A DNA stretch of 64,000 bases from Rhodobacterales bacterium (GTDB lineage: Bacteria > Pseudomonadota > Alphaproteobacteria > Rhodobacterales > Rhodobacteraceae), in the NCBI GenBank assembly GCA_038231775.1, contig JBBRKS010000001.1, forward strand, positions 22,938-86,937. Reading direction: 5' to 3'. Every line of letters starts with the position of its first letter. Positions within the stretch are counted from its first letter, which is position 1. Shown here one piece after another: positions 9,138 to 18,282 of this stretch. The position numbers and the translations under genes were made by a program. The notes under the pieces were generated by a model. The model had not been told where the DNA came from, did not search any database, and saw nothing but the letters and a program-made list of their open reading frames with translations.

Positions 9138-9452
9138 TCAGTCGTGCAGGGTAAAGGTGTCGATCTTGCAGACGTCCTGGGTCGCATCGGCGGTCACACC
9201 GGTGTCCATGACAAAGCGCATGTCATAGTCGCAGACCGTCAGGCCATCGGCGATGGACACGGTGGCGGTGCCGTTCGGGTCAACATTCGCGTCAAGGATG
9301 TTATCGCCCCAGGAATTGGAATCGTGCGACGAGACATACATTTCCTGCAGCGTGGCCGAGGAATTGTTGACCAGCGTGAAGGCAAGGTCTTCGGCAAAGG
9401 CGGGTGCGGCAAACAAGGTGGCGGCAAGCAAGGCGGGGGGTACAAGGCGCAT
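9138..9452 (-). CDS. Small secreted hypothetical protein
   Basis: Signal peptide (…AAPAFA), FTLVNNS...YVS...SWGDNIL, two Cys; GC3-rich codons. Confidence 0.8.
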   Translation of the reverse strand: MRLVPPALLAATLFAAPAFAEDLAFTLVNNSSATLQEMYVSSHDSNSWGDNILDANVDPNGTATVSIADGLTVCDYDMRFVMDTGVTADATQDVCKIDTFTLHD

Positions 9453-9607
9453 CAATCTCTCCAATGCTGGCAAAGCGGGTCAGGGGCAACCGATGGCCCG
9501 TGCGCGATGGTATAGTCAGGCGCCGTGGCTTTTGGGAACAAGAAACGCGCTAAAATCCGAAAGACCGGTGGCTTGACTTGCGCAAGGCGGCTTTGCACTG
9601 TGCGCCC

Positions 9608-10837
9608 ATGTCGCGTGAACCGCTGTGGCGGAAGCAGAATTTCCGTCTTGTCTTTGCGGCTTCGGTGTTCAGCCATCTGGGAACCGGGGTCTGCGGCGTA
9701 GCATTTCCGTGGTTTGCAACGCTGCTGACCCGTGACCCCCTGCTGATCGGCATGGTCGCGATGGCCCCGCAACTGCCGTGGTTGTTTTTCGCGCTGCCTG
9801 CGGGGGTCTGGACGGACCGGCTGGACCACCGCCGCACCATTGTCCGGGCCGATCTGGTGATGGCCGCCCTGATGGTGGCTGTGGTGGCGCTGGCGCTGTG
9901 GGCGACGCCGGGCCTTGCGGCGGTGCTGGCGCTGGCGGCGCTGGCTTTTGCCGTAGGATCGGTCGAGGTGTTGCGCGACAACACCGCGCAAACGATCCTG
10001 CCCGACGTGGTAGAGCCTGCAGCCCTGGAACCTGCCAATGCCGCCCTGCAAAGCAGCGAAAAGCTGACCGGTCAGTTCATCGGGCCGCCGCTGTCTGGTG
10101 CGATGATCGCTGCGTCCATCGCACTGCCCTTTGCGTTTCATGCGTTGATGCTGATCCTGTCAGCCCTGTTTTTGACCCGAATACGCGTCCGGCCACGGGT
10201 GGAAAGCCATGCGGCGACCCCGCCCGCGGCGTTCTGGACCGCTTTGGCCGAGGGGGTGACATGGCTTTGGGCGCATCTTGTGTTGCGGCGGTTGGGTCTT
10301 GTGCTTGGGCTGTTCAATTTCCTTTACGAGGTGATCTGGTCGGTGATGGTCCTGTATGCGCAAGACAGTCTGCACCTGAACGCCGCCCAATACGGCGCAC
10401 TTTTGTCAGTTCTGGCTTTGGGCGGTTTGCTGGGCGCGATGTGCGCGACGTGGCTTTTGAACCGACTTGGGCCACGACGCGGGCTGCTTTTGTCGCTCCT
10501 GGGATTTTGCCTTGCCACAGCAGTTCTGATCTTTACCGAAACCCCGTGGATCGCCGGAGCGGCCCTGTTTGCCGAAGCCTTTACCGGCATGTTGTGGAAT
10601 GTCGTGACTGTCAGCTACCGGCAGCGCCATATTCCTGCACCGTTGTTCGGCCGGGTCAATGCGGTCTACCGATTTCTGGGCTGGGGACCGCGTCCGTTCG
10701 GCTCTTTGCTGGGCGGCGGCTTGGTTGGGATGGGGGCCGTGATGGGGCCGTTCGCCCTGCATCTGCCCTTTGTCTTTGCAACCCTTGGTGGAGTTCTGGT
10801 GCTGGCCTACTGTGCGCTTTACCTGAATCTGGACTGA
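9608..10837 (+). CDS. MFS transporter
   Basis: About 12 TM helices, AGVWTDRLDHRR motif A; TTGACT-N17-CACTGT just upstream. Confidence 0.92.
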   Translation: MSREPLWRKQNFRLVFAASVFSHLGTGVCGVAFPWFATLLTRDPLLIGMVAMAPQLPWLFFALPAGVWTDRLDHRRTIVRADLVMAALMVAVVALALWATPGLAAVLALAALAFAVGSVEVLRDNTAQTILPDVVEPAALEPANAALQSSEKLTGQFIGPPLSGAMIAASIALPFAFHALMLILSALFLTRIRVRPRVESHAATPPAAFWTALAEGVTWLWAHLVLRRLGLVLGLFNFLYEVIWSVMVLYAQDSLHLNAAQYGALLSVLALGGLLGAMCATWLLNRLGPRRGLLLSLLGFCLATAVLIFTETPWIAGAALFAEAFTGMLWNVVTVSYRQRHIPAPLFGRVNAVYRFLGWGPRPFGSLLGGGLVGMGAVMGPFALHLPFVFATLGGVLVLAYCALYLNLD

Positions 10838-10867
10838 AAAAAAAGAGGCCGGGCACGAGGCCCGGCC
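10837..10867 (-). terminator. Rho-independent terminator
   Basis: GGCCGGGC-N5-GCCCGGCC followed by TC and T8 on the minus strand. Confidence 0.9.
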
Positions 10868-10935
10868 AGGTCCAACAGGGAGGTGCCGTGCCATAACCCC
10901 GACACGACAAGGGGAACTTCAAAAACGTTGCCGTA
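10837..10935 (-). ncRNA. sorX: SorX-like 3'UTR-derived sRNA (5' end approximate)
   Basis: CCCC-N10-GGGG stem, CCUCCCUGUUGGAC core and terminator in the 3'UTR of an OmpR-type regulator. The xth/regulator/ribA neighbourhood matches my recollection of the R. sphaeroides ompR-1/SorX locus. Confidence 0.7.
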
Positions 10936-11049
10936 AGACTCTGCGCAACAACCGCTGCTTGACGTCAAGATAGCCATCGAATCTGGCAACCATAAGCCCT
11001 GTTGCCGAATTTTTCGCAGGATATGCAGAATTGTTACATACCCGCCGCA

Positions 11050-11736
11050 TCACGCCACCAGTTTGTAGCCGCCATTCTCTGTCACCAGCAACCTTGCATT
11101 GGCGGGATCAGCCTCAATCTTCTGGCGCAGGCGGTAGATGTGAGTCTCCAGCGTGTGGGTGGTGACGCCAGCATTATAGCCCCAAACCTCGTGCAGCAGA
11201 ACATCGCGCGCCACAACCCCGGATTGTGCCCGGTACAGGTACTTGAGGATGTTGGTCTCTTTTTCTGTCAGGCGGATCTTCTTTTCCTTGGTGTCCAAAA
11301 GCAGCTTTTGCGCCGGTTTGAACGTGTAAGGACCCATCTGGAAAATCGCGTCTTCGGATTGTTCGTGCTGGCGCAACTGGGCGCGGATGCGGGCCAGAAG
11401 AACCGGAAATTTGAACGGCTTGGTGATGTAGTCGTTGGCCCCGGCGTCCAGACCCAGAATGGTGTCGGCGTCGGTGTCATGACCGGTCAGCATCAGAACC
11501 GGGCACTTGACCCCGGCCTTGCGCATCCGTTTGCAAAGTTCGCGGCCGTCAGTATCAGGCAGGCCCACGTCAAGGATCACAAGATCATAGGCGGCGGCCT
11601 TGGCCTTTTCCATGCCCTCAGCACCGGTGCGAGCTTCAAACACGTCAAAGTCTTCGGTCATCACCAATTGCTCGGACAAAGCCTCGCGCAGGTCATCATC
11701 ATCATCAACCAACAGAATCTTGCGCAGTGTCGACAT
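11050..11736 (-). CDS. OmpR-family response regulator (ompR-1-like)
   Basis: LLVDDD, ILDVGLPD, DYITKPF; winged helix TLETHIYRLRQKIE. Confidence 0.95.
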   Translation of the reverse strand: MSTLRKILLVDDDDDLREALSEQLVMTEDFDVFEARTGAEGMEKAKAAAYDLVILDVGLPDTDGRELCKRMRKAGVKCPVLMLTGHDTDADTILGLDAGANDYITKPFKFPVLLARIRAQLRQHEQSEDAIFQMGPYTFKPAQKLLLDTKEKKIRLTEKETNILKYLYRAQSGVVARDVLLHEVWGYNAGVTTHTLETHIYRLRQKIEADPANARLLVTENGGYKLVA

Positions 11737-11774
11737 CGGTATTCTCCAACGGCTGTAGCGTCCCTGTGGTGAAC

Positions 11775-11803
11775 AGATGCGCTTGCATCACGCCCGCTGC
11801 AAG
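11775..11803 (-). promoter_or_regulatory. Putative RpoH-type promoter for regulator/SorX
   Basis: CTTG-N18-CGCATCT on the minus strand. Confidence 0.4.
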
Positions 11804-11896
11804 AACTGCGACAATCGTTTCACGCGGACGTGTCGCAGGGCGGGGAATTGTTTCAAATTCCCCCGCAACACCCTAGATAGTGTTTCAGGAGACGCC

Positions 11897-12982
11897 ATGA
11901 CCCTTGCCCTGACCTTGACCGAACGACTGGCCCGCGCGCGGGGCGATCTGCGCATGGGCGTGCCTGTGGTGCTGGTCGGCGCGGGTGCGGCTGTCGTTGT
12001 GGCGGTTGAAGAACTTGATGCCCAACGGCTGGCGGACCTGCGCGCCTTGGGTCAGCCGGTGATCGCCCTGACCGTGCGGCGGGCCGAGACGTTGAAAGCC
12101 CGGGCCTATGACGGTGACCTTGCCCGCATCGCTGTGCCCGGCGATGTGGGGCTTGATTGGGTACGCAGCCTTGCCGACCCGTCTGATGATCTGCGCCTGC
12201 CGATGAAGGGGCCGCTGATGGCACTTCGGGACGGGCCAGCCGATTTGCACCGTGCCGCACTGGCGCTGGCCAAATCGGCGCGGCTTTTGCCAGCGGTTGT
12301 GGTGGTTGGCGTGCCAGACGGCGCTGCTTTGGCGCTGCGCGAGGGGTTGACGCTGTTGAGCGTGGCAGAGATCGGGCCGGAGCTGGCGCGGCTGTCACCC
12401 TTGCACGAGGTGTCGGCGGCCCGGGTGCCCATGGTCGCATCGCAAGCCGGGCGGGTTCATGTCTTTCGCCCTGACGATGGCGGGGAAGAGCATTATGCCA
12501 TCGAGATCGGCCGCCCCGACCGCAGCAAGCCAGTGCTGGCGCGCCTGCACTCTGCCTGTTTTACCGGAGATGTCCTTGGCAGTCTGAAATGCGACTGCGG
12601 CCCGCAGTTGCAGGCTGCGCTGACGCAGATGGGGCAGGAAGGCGCTGGCGTTCTGTTGTACCTGAACCAAGAGGGGCGTGGCATCGGGCTTGCCAACAAG
12701 ATGCGCGCCTATTCCCTGCAGGATCAAGGCTTTGACACAGTAGAGGCGAACCACCGTCTGGGGTTTGAGGATGACGAGCGTGACTTCCGCATTGGCGCGG
12801 ATATTCTGCGCCGGATGGGGTTTCGCGCTGTCAGGCTGATGACGAACAACCCGCGCAAGCTGGACATGATGCGGGCTTGCGGCTTTGATGTGACCGAACG
12901 GGTGGCGCTGCATGTCGGGCAAACTGCGCAGAACGCCGAGTATCTGGCGACCAAGGCGCACAAATCCGGGCATTTGCCATGA
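11897..12982 (+). CDS. ribA: GTP cyclohydrolase II with N-terminal RibB-like domain
   Basis: RLHSACFTGDVLGSLKCDCG, QEGRGIGLANKMRAY, MTNNPRK. Confidence 0.95.
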   Translation: MTLALTLTERLARARGDLRMGVPVVLVGAGAAVVVAVEELDAQRLADLRALGQPVIALTVRRAETLKARAYDGDLARIAVPGDVGLDWVRSLADPSDDLRLPMKGPLMALRDGPADLHRAALALAKSARLLPAVVVVGVPDGAALALREGLTLLSVAEIGPELARLSPLHEVSAARVPMVASQAGRVHVFRPDDGGEEHYAIEIGRPDRSKPVLARLHSACFTGDVLGSLKCDCGPQLQAALTQMGQEGAGVLLYLNQEGRGIGLANKMRAYSLQDQGFDTVEANHRLGFEDDERDFRIGADILRRMGFRAVRLMTNNPRKLDMMRACGFDVTERVALHVGQTAQNAEYLATKAHKSGHLP

Positions 12983-13482
12983 AACCTTTGGACATGGTGC
13001 TAACCCCCAGCGGGTTGCGGTTTCTGGGCCGCCGCTTTGCCTGCACGACCGGGCGCGGCGGGATCATCAAGGCAAATTGGAAACGAGAGGGCGATGGCGG
13101 CACGCCGACCGGAACGCACCGGATCGTCGGCATGTTGTACCGGCCCGACCGGATGGCAAAACCGGCGGACTGGGCGCTGCCAATCGGGCCGCCGGACCTG
13201 TGGTCCGATGATGCGCGTGACCCCGACTACAACCTGATGGTCCGTGCGCCGCACATATTTTCGCACGAGGTTCTTCGTCGGGCCGACCGGCAATATGATC
13301 TGGTGCTGATCACCGACTGGAACTGGCCGGACGCGGTGCCGGGGCGCGGGTCGGCGATTTTCCTGCACCGCTGGCGCAGCCCGGGTGCGCCGACTGCGGG
13401 CTGCGTGGCCATGGCAGCCCACGACCTGCTGTGGATCGCACAGCGCCTGCGCCCGCAAAGTCGGCTGATCATTCCGGGGTGA
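12979..13482 (+). CDS. L,D-transpeptidase family protein (YkuD-like)
   Basis: KREGDGGTP, GSAIFLH...TAGCVA; ATGA overlap with ribA. Confidence 0.9.
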   Translation: MKPLDMVLTPSGLRFLGRRFACTTGRGGIIKANWKREGDGGTPTGTHRIVGMLYRPDRMAKPADWALPIGPPDLWSDDARDPDYNLMVRAPHIFSHEVLRRADRQYDLVLITDWNWPDAVPGRGSAIFLHRWRSPGAPTAGCVAMAAHDLLWIAQRLRPQSRLIIPG

Positions 13483-13543
13483 ATGGGCTTTCCAAAACGC
13501 TTTGGGAACCCTAAACTTGGCCGAATCGCGAAGGGCTTTCAGC

Positions 13544-15454
13544 ATGGCAAAATCAGCGTCCGTGACCGATGACGACGTCTTCGCCTTGCGTCTGGCGCGC
13601 AGTGCGCCTGATCTGTGGCCGATGCTGGATTCGGTTTATGGCCGCAATGCCGAATATGACCACTTCAAGGAACGTCTGCTGACCGCCTTGCACAAGGGTT
13701 GGATCGACCGGCCCGCCGATCTGAAACTGCTGGACCTGAAGCGTGATATGGAACCTGACTGGTTCCAACGGCCGGACATGGCAGGCTATGTCTTTTACAT
13801 CGACCGTTTTGCCGGAAATCTGCGCAATGTGCTGACCAGGCTGGATTATGTGGAAGACATTGGCATCACCTATGTGCATTTCATGCCCTGCCTGAAACCG
13901 CGCCCCGGTGACAGCGACGGTGGTTATTCGGTGATGGACTACCGCGAGATCAACCCCGACTACGGCTCGATGGCTGACTTTGAAGAGGTTTCAGCCGCCC
14001 TGCGCGCCCGGGGAATCTCTGTCTGCATTGATCTGGTGCTGAACCACACCGCCAAGGAACATGCCTGGGCGGTTGCGGCAGCCAAGGGAGATCGCAAATA
14101 TCAGGATTACTACCTGATGTTCGACGACGCTACCCAACCGCAGGCCTACGAACAGACCTTGGTAGAGGTGTTTCCCAACACCGCGCCCGGCAATTTCACC
14201 CACTATCCCCCGTTCGGCAAATGGGTCTGGACCACCTTCAACGAACACCAGTGGGACTTGAACTGGGCCAACCCGGACGTGTTTTTAGAGATCACAGAGG
14301 TGATGCTGTACCTTGCCAACCGTGGCGTCGAAGTGCTGCGGTTGGACGCGGTGGCCTTTATGTGGAAGCGGCTTGGCACCCGATGTCAGTCCGAACCAGA
14401 GGTTCACATGCTGCTGCAGGCCCTGCGCGCCTGTTGCCGCATTGCCTGCCCGGCTGTGATTCATCTTGAGGAAGCCATCGTCGCACCTGCCGAAATGCTG
14501 CCCTATCTTGGGCGCGGGCGGCATGACGGGCGTGAGGGCAATCTTGCCTATCACAACAGCCTGATGGTGCAGTTCTGGGGCGCGCTTGCCACACGCGATG
14601 CCCGGCTGATGCGGCATGTGCTGGGCACCCACTTTCCCGAACGGCTGACAAATGCGACCTATGCCACCTATATCCGCTGCCATGACGACATCGGCTGGGC
14701 AATCACGGACGAGGATGCCGCAGCCTTGCAGATGACCGGGCACGGCCACCGCAGCTTTCTGTCCAATTTTTATGAGGGCAGCTTTCCCGGCTCGTTTGCC
14801 AAGGCAGAGTTGTTTCAGGTCAATCCGCAGACCGGCGACAAGCGCATCTCTGGCAGCTTCGCCTCACTCGCCGGGTTGGAGCGCGCCTATGGAGATTTGG
14901 ACCTGACAGCGCTGGCCGTGCAGCGGATCTTGCTGGGCCATGCGTTGATCGCATCGTTTGGCGGCATCCCGCTGATCTATATGGGCGACGAGTTGGCCAT
15001 GCTGAACGACTACGGCTATCACGATGTGCCCGAACACGCGCATGACAGCCGCTGGGTGCACAGGCCGATGATGGATTGGACTTTGGCCGGGATGCGGCAT
15101 TCGGACGATGGCCCGGCGGGGCAGGTCTTTCGCGGCACCAAGCACATCCTGGCGCGGCGCAAAGTGACGGAGGCAGTCCATGCGGGCCATCCGTTGCAGA
15201 TCGTCGATCTGCGGCAAGACAAGGCAGGGCCGACGCCAGCGGCGCAAAACGGCCTGTTCGCCTTTGTGCGAAAGGCCCCGACCGGGGCGATGCTGGGTTT
15301 GTTCAACATGACCGAAGACTGGCTGCACCTGCCCGAACACACCGCACGCAGTCATGGTGTGACGCGGATGCATGATGCGCTGTCAGATCACGCGGTGACC
15401 ACTCATGACGGTGCCATCGCCCTGCCGCCCTATGCGCGGGTGTGGCTGACCTGA
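13544..15454 (+). CDS. Amylosucrase-like GH13 protein
   Basis: DGGYSVMDY, DLVLNHTA, LRLDAVAFMWK, EEAIV, YIRCHDDIGW. Confidence 0.9.
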   Translation: MAKSASVTDDDVFALRLARSAPDLWPMLDSVYGRNAEYDHFKERLLTALHKGWIDRPADLKLLDLKRDMEPDWFQRPDMAGYVFYIDRFAGNLRNVLTRLDYVEDIGITYVHFMPCLKPRPGDSDGGYSVMDYREINPDYGSMADFEEVSAALRARGISVCIDLVLNHTAKEHAWAVAAAKGDRKYQDYYLMFDDATQPQAYEQTLVEVFPNTAPGNFTHYPPFGKWVWTTFNEHQWDLNWANPDVFLEITEVMLYLANRGVEVLRLDAVAFMWKRLGTRCQSEPEVHMLLQALRACCRIACPAVIHLEEAIVAPAEMLPYLGRGRHDGREGNLAYHNSLMVQFWGALATRDARLMRHVLGTHFPERLTNATYATYIRCHDDIGWAITDEDAAALQMTGHGHRSFLSNFYEGSFPGSFAKAELFQVNPQTGDKRISGSFASLAGLERAYGDLDLTALAVQRILLGHALIASFGGIPLIYMGDELAMLNDYGYHDVPEHAHDSRWVHRPMMDWTLAGMRHSDDGPAGQVFRGTKHILARRKVTEAVHAGHPLQIVDLRQDKAGPTPAAQNGLFAFVRKAPTGAMLGLFNMTEDWLHLPEHTARSHGVTRMHDALSDHAVTTHDGAIALPPYARVWLT

Positions 15455-15502
15455 GGTAGCCGGGTTCGCTGTTTTCCTGCGAAAATAGAGTGTTGGCAGG
15501 GT

Positions 15503-16156
15503 TTACGCGTACTGCCGCGCGCCAAAAATCGCGGAACCGACGCGGATATGCGTCGCGCCCAGCGCCACGGCCCGTTCAAAATCGCTGCTCATGCCCATCG
15601 ACAGCCCTGTCAGACCGTTGCGGGCGGCCATTTCTGCCAGCATCCGGAAATGCGGGCTTGGGTCGGCTCCCTCTGGGGGAATGCACATCAGGCCCTGAGG
15701 GCGCAGGTCCATAGCACGGCACTGGGACACGAAAGCGTCCAGCGCTTCGGGCAGGATACCGGCCTTCTGAACCTCTGCCCCGGTGTTGACCTGCACGAAC
15801 AAGTCAGGGCACTTGCCACGCGCCTGCGCCAGTTTTGCCAGCTTTTCGGCAAGGCTCAGGCGGTCAAGCGTGTGGATCGCGGCAAAAAGCTCTACCGCTT
15901 GCTTGGCCTTGTTGGACTGCAGCGGGCCTATCATGTGAACTTGCGCTTCGGGATAGGCTGTCCAAAAGCCGGGCCACTTGGACGCCGCCTCTTGCACGTA
16001 GTTTTCACCGAAAATCCGATGACCTTGCGCCAGAACTGCCAGAACGCGGTCGTCAGGCTGCACCTTGGAGACCGCGATTAGCGTCGCAGAATCCGGGGCA
16101 CGACCGGCGGCTGTCAGTGCGGTGGTCAGACGGTCGCGGATTTCGGGCAGGGACAT
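15503..16156 (-). CDS. yggS: PLP homeostasis protein YggS
   Basis: LIAVSK, FGENYVQE, HMIGPLQSNK, LSMGMSSDF, RVGSAIFG. Confidence 0.95.
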   Translation of the reverse strand: MSLPEIRDRLTTALTAAGRAPDSATLIAVSKVQPDDRVLAVLAQGHRIFGENYVQEAASKWPGFWTAYPEAQVHMIGPLQSNKAKQAVELFAAIHTLDRLSLAEKLAKLAQARGKCPDLFVQVNTGAEVQKAGILPEALDAFVSQCRAMDLRPQGLMCIPPEGADPSPHFRMLAEMAARNGLTGLSMGMSSDFERAVALGATHIRVGSAIFGARQYA

Positions 16157-16257
16157 GCGGATGCCTTGGGCTGATCGCGGCACAAAACCACGGCGCGGCG
16201 GAAAAGAAAAGCGGTGGACGCCAGAGCGAAGTTGAAACGAGCGGCCTGAAAAGGAAA

Positions 16258-16278
16258 GAGCGGGCACAGGGCCCGCTC
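16258..16278 (-). terminator. Porin terminator
   Basis: GAGCGGGC-N5-GCCCGCTC followed by TTTCCTTTT. Confidence 0.8.
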
Positions 16279-16303
16279 CTCCAGTCTTGATAATCCGTAA
16301 GGA

Positions 16304-17236
16304 TTAGAACGAGAACTTCACGCCCAGAGCGAAGAAGTCAGAGCTGCTGCTGTAGCCGGTGTGGTAGCCGCCCGAGAGGGTAGCGCCGCCCAGATCGTAG
16401 TCAGCGCCGATACCGAACGCCGTTTTAGCACCAGAGATCGAGGTGTCAGCGACATAAGCACGGGCAGTGATCGCGCCGAACTTGTAGTTGCCGTACAGAG
16501 TCACGTGGGTGCCGTTGTCGCCGCCGAAAGCCGCAGTGATGTCGCCGTCATCGAAGTATTGCAGACCGACAGTGCCAACGTCGCTGAACTTGTAAGCAAC
16601 ACCAACATAGGACACGTTGTTGTCTTTGATGCCCGAGCCGTTCTGGGCGTAGGCAGCCGACACTTGGAATGCGCCGAAGGTGTAGTCGCCCGAAATCCCA
16701 AGCTCGTTGTCCAACCCGCTAGCGGTCTGGTCATGCGTCACGTAGGAAATGGCAGCGTTCAAGGCGCCAACGTTGTAGAACACCGCGATACCTTCACGGT
16801 TCACGTCCGCAGCGCTGTACGGGCCGGACGAGAAGCTGTCATAGGTACCCAGCGGGTCGCCAGCGCTGTCACCGATGAAGTCCAGTTCCGAGTCGTACAT
16901 CAGAGCGGCGGAGTCATAAGCGGTGTTGACGTTGCCAACTTCCAGCTTGAGACCATTGTACTTGACGTAGAGGTCGGCAGCGCTGAGCGTCGCACCGGTC
17001 GAGCCTTGCGTGCTTTGCATACGGATACGGCCACCGAAGGTCGCACCGGAGTCGACGGTCACGGATGCGTCGAAGTTGAAACGCAGACGGGTGTTCAGCG
17101 TGGTCTTGGATTCGCCTACACCAACGTTGTTGTTGTAGACCAGACCAAAACGGCCCGAACCCGACAAGGTCACGTCAGCGGCTGCGACGCCAGCGGTCAT
17201 CGCAAGTACGGTAGAAGCGAGAAGCAGATTTTTCAT
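16304..17236 (-). CDS. Outer-membrane porin (Rhodobacter type)
   Basis: MKNLLLASTVLAMTAGVAAA signal, VTLSGSGRFG, terminal FSF; strongly biased codon usage. Confidence 0.93.
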   Translation of the reverse strand: MKNLLLASTVLAMTAGVAAADVTLSGSGRFGLVYNNNVGVGESKTTLNTRLRFNFDASVTVDSGATFGGRIRMQSTQGSTGATLSAADLYVKYNGLKLEVGNVNTAYDSAALMYDSELDFIGDSAGDPLGTYDSFSSGPYSAADVNREGIAVFYNVGALNAAISYVTHDQTASGLDNELGISGDYTFGAFQVSAAYAQNGSGIKDNNVSYVGVAYKFSDVGTVGLQYFDDGDITAAFGGDNGTHVTLYGNYKFGAITARAYVADTSISGAKTAFGIGADYDLGGATLSGGYHTGYSSSSDFFALGVKFSF

Positions 17237-17678
17237 AGTTTCCCTCGTTGTCTCTATCAGGGTTGCCCAACGCAAACAGGTCCGTGCTGGGTATGGCCCT
17301 ATTTCGTCCTTCAAGAGGCTGATTGCAACGCGAAGCGCCGCAGGCACCGGGAAAGGCGGGGGCATTGGTGCAGGTTTGCCACAGTTCCGCCACGGTGCCG
17401 CCTTGCATGGGCCCGCTGGTAGCCGTTAGCGGCGGTCACGGGATCGAAAGGCGAACCCGGTTGCCCCGCTTGCTGGCAATAGTCCTGCCAAACGGGTGCG
17501 GTGGCCGCGGCGATTCCCTGTCTCCATCTCTATCACAGACACCTGGGCCAAAGCGAAATGCCGCCCATCCGGCCCTTGCGATTCGGACCAGAGTTAGGCC
17601 ACGCGCCTGCAGCCGCTGGAAAAGCCTTGGCAGCCCTGCGCCACTGTACTAGACACAAACTTGAAATCGGGGGTTCGG

Positions 17679-18179
17679 ATGTTGCGTCACCGCCATATTG
17701 CTGTCGTTTCGGCGCTTGTACTGGTCGGCATGCTTTCGGCATGCGGCAGTGGCGGGCTGTTCGGCCCCAAGGCCGCTGCAACCCCGCAAACAGCTGCATT
17801 CGACCCGGGCGGCCGCAGTTCTGACAAACGTGGCGGCTCGATCTGGGACCTGTTCAAACAGAACCAGGACCCGAATGTCACGGTCAAGGTGAACAAGTAC
17901 ATCTGGCTCGCCTCACTCGATGTGCTGAACTTTCTGCCGGTGCAGTCGGTTGATCCCTTCACGGGCGTGATCATCACGGGCTACGGCACGCCGCCGGGCG
18001 GTGGTCGCAGCTACCGGGCCACGATCTATGTGCAGGACCCGGCGTTGGACGCGCGGTCATTGAAGCTGTCGTTGCAGGGGGCCAATGGGTCATCGGTCGC
18101 GCCAGAGACGGTTTCGGCGGTGGAAGATGCCATCCTGAACCGGGCCCGCCAGCTGCGCATCGCCGACTCGCATCTTTAA
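17679..18179 (+). CDS. DUF3576-type lipoprotein
   Basis: LSAC lipobox; VNKYIWLASLDVLNFLP...DPFTGVI; usual neighbour of leuS. Confidence 0.85.
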   Translation: MLRHRHIAVVSALVLVGMLSACGSGGLFGPKAAATPQTAAFDPGGRSSDKRGGSIWDLFKQNQDPNVTVKVNKYIWLASLDVLNFLPVQSVDPFTGVIITGYGTPPGGGRSYRATIYVQDPALDARSLKLSLQGANGSSVAPETVSAVEDAILNRARQLRIADSHL

Positions 18180-18282
18180 GCTGCGGTTTGCGCGCAAGCC
18201 CGGCCCCTTTGGCCGGATGGCGGCGTAGGTCCGGCCTTCAAGATACAATTCAAAAGACACAATTCAAATCCGTGGGCTGAAG

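Noticed and set aside
10958-10969. 12-bp palindrome CTTGACGTCAAG as an operator
   Set aside because: Single occurrence, possibly just a -35 element; not enough support.
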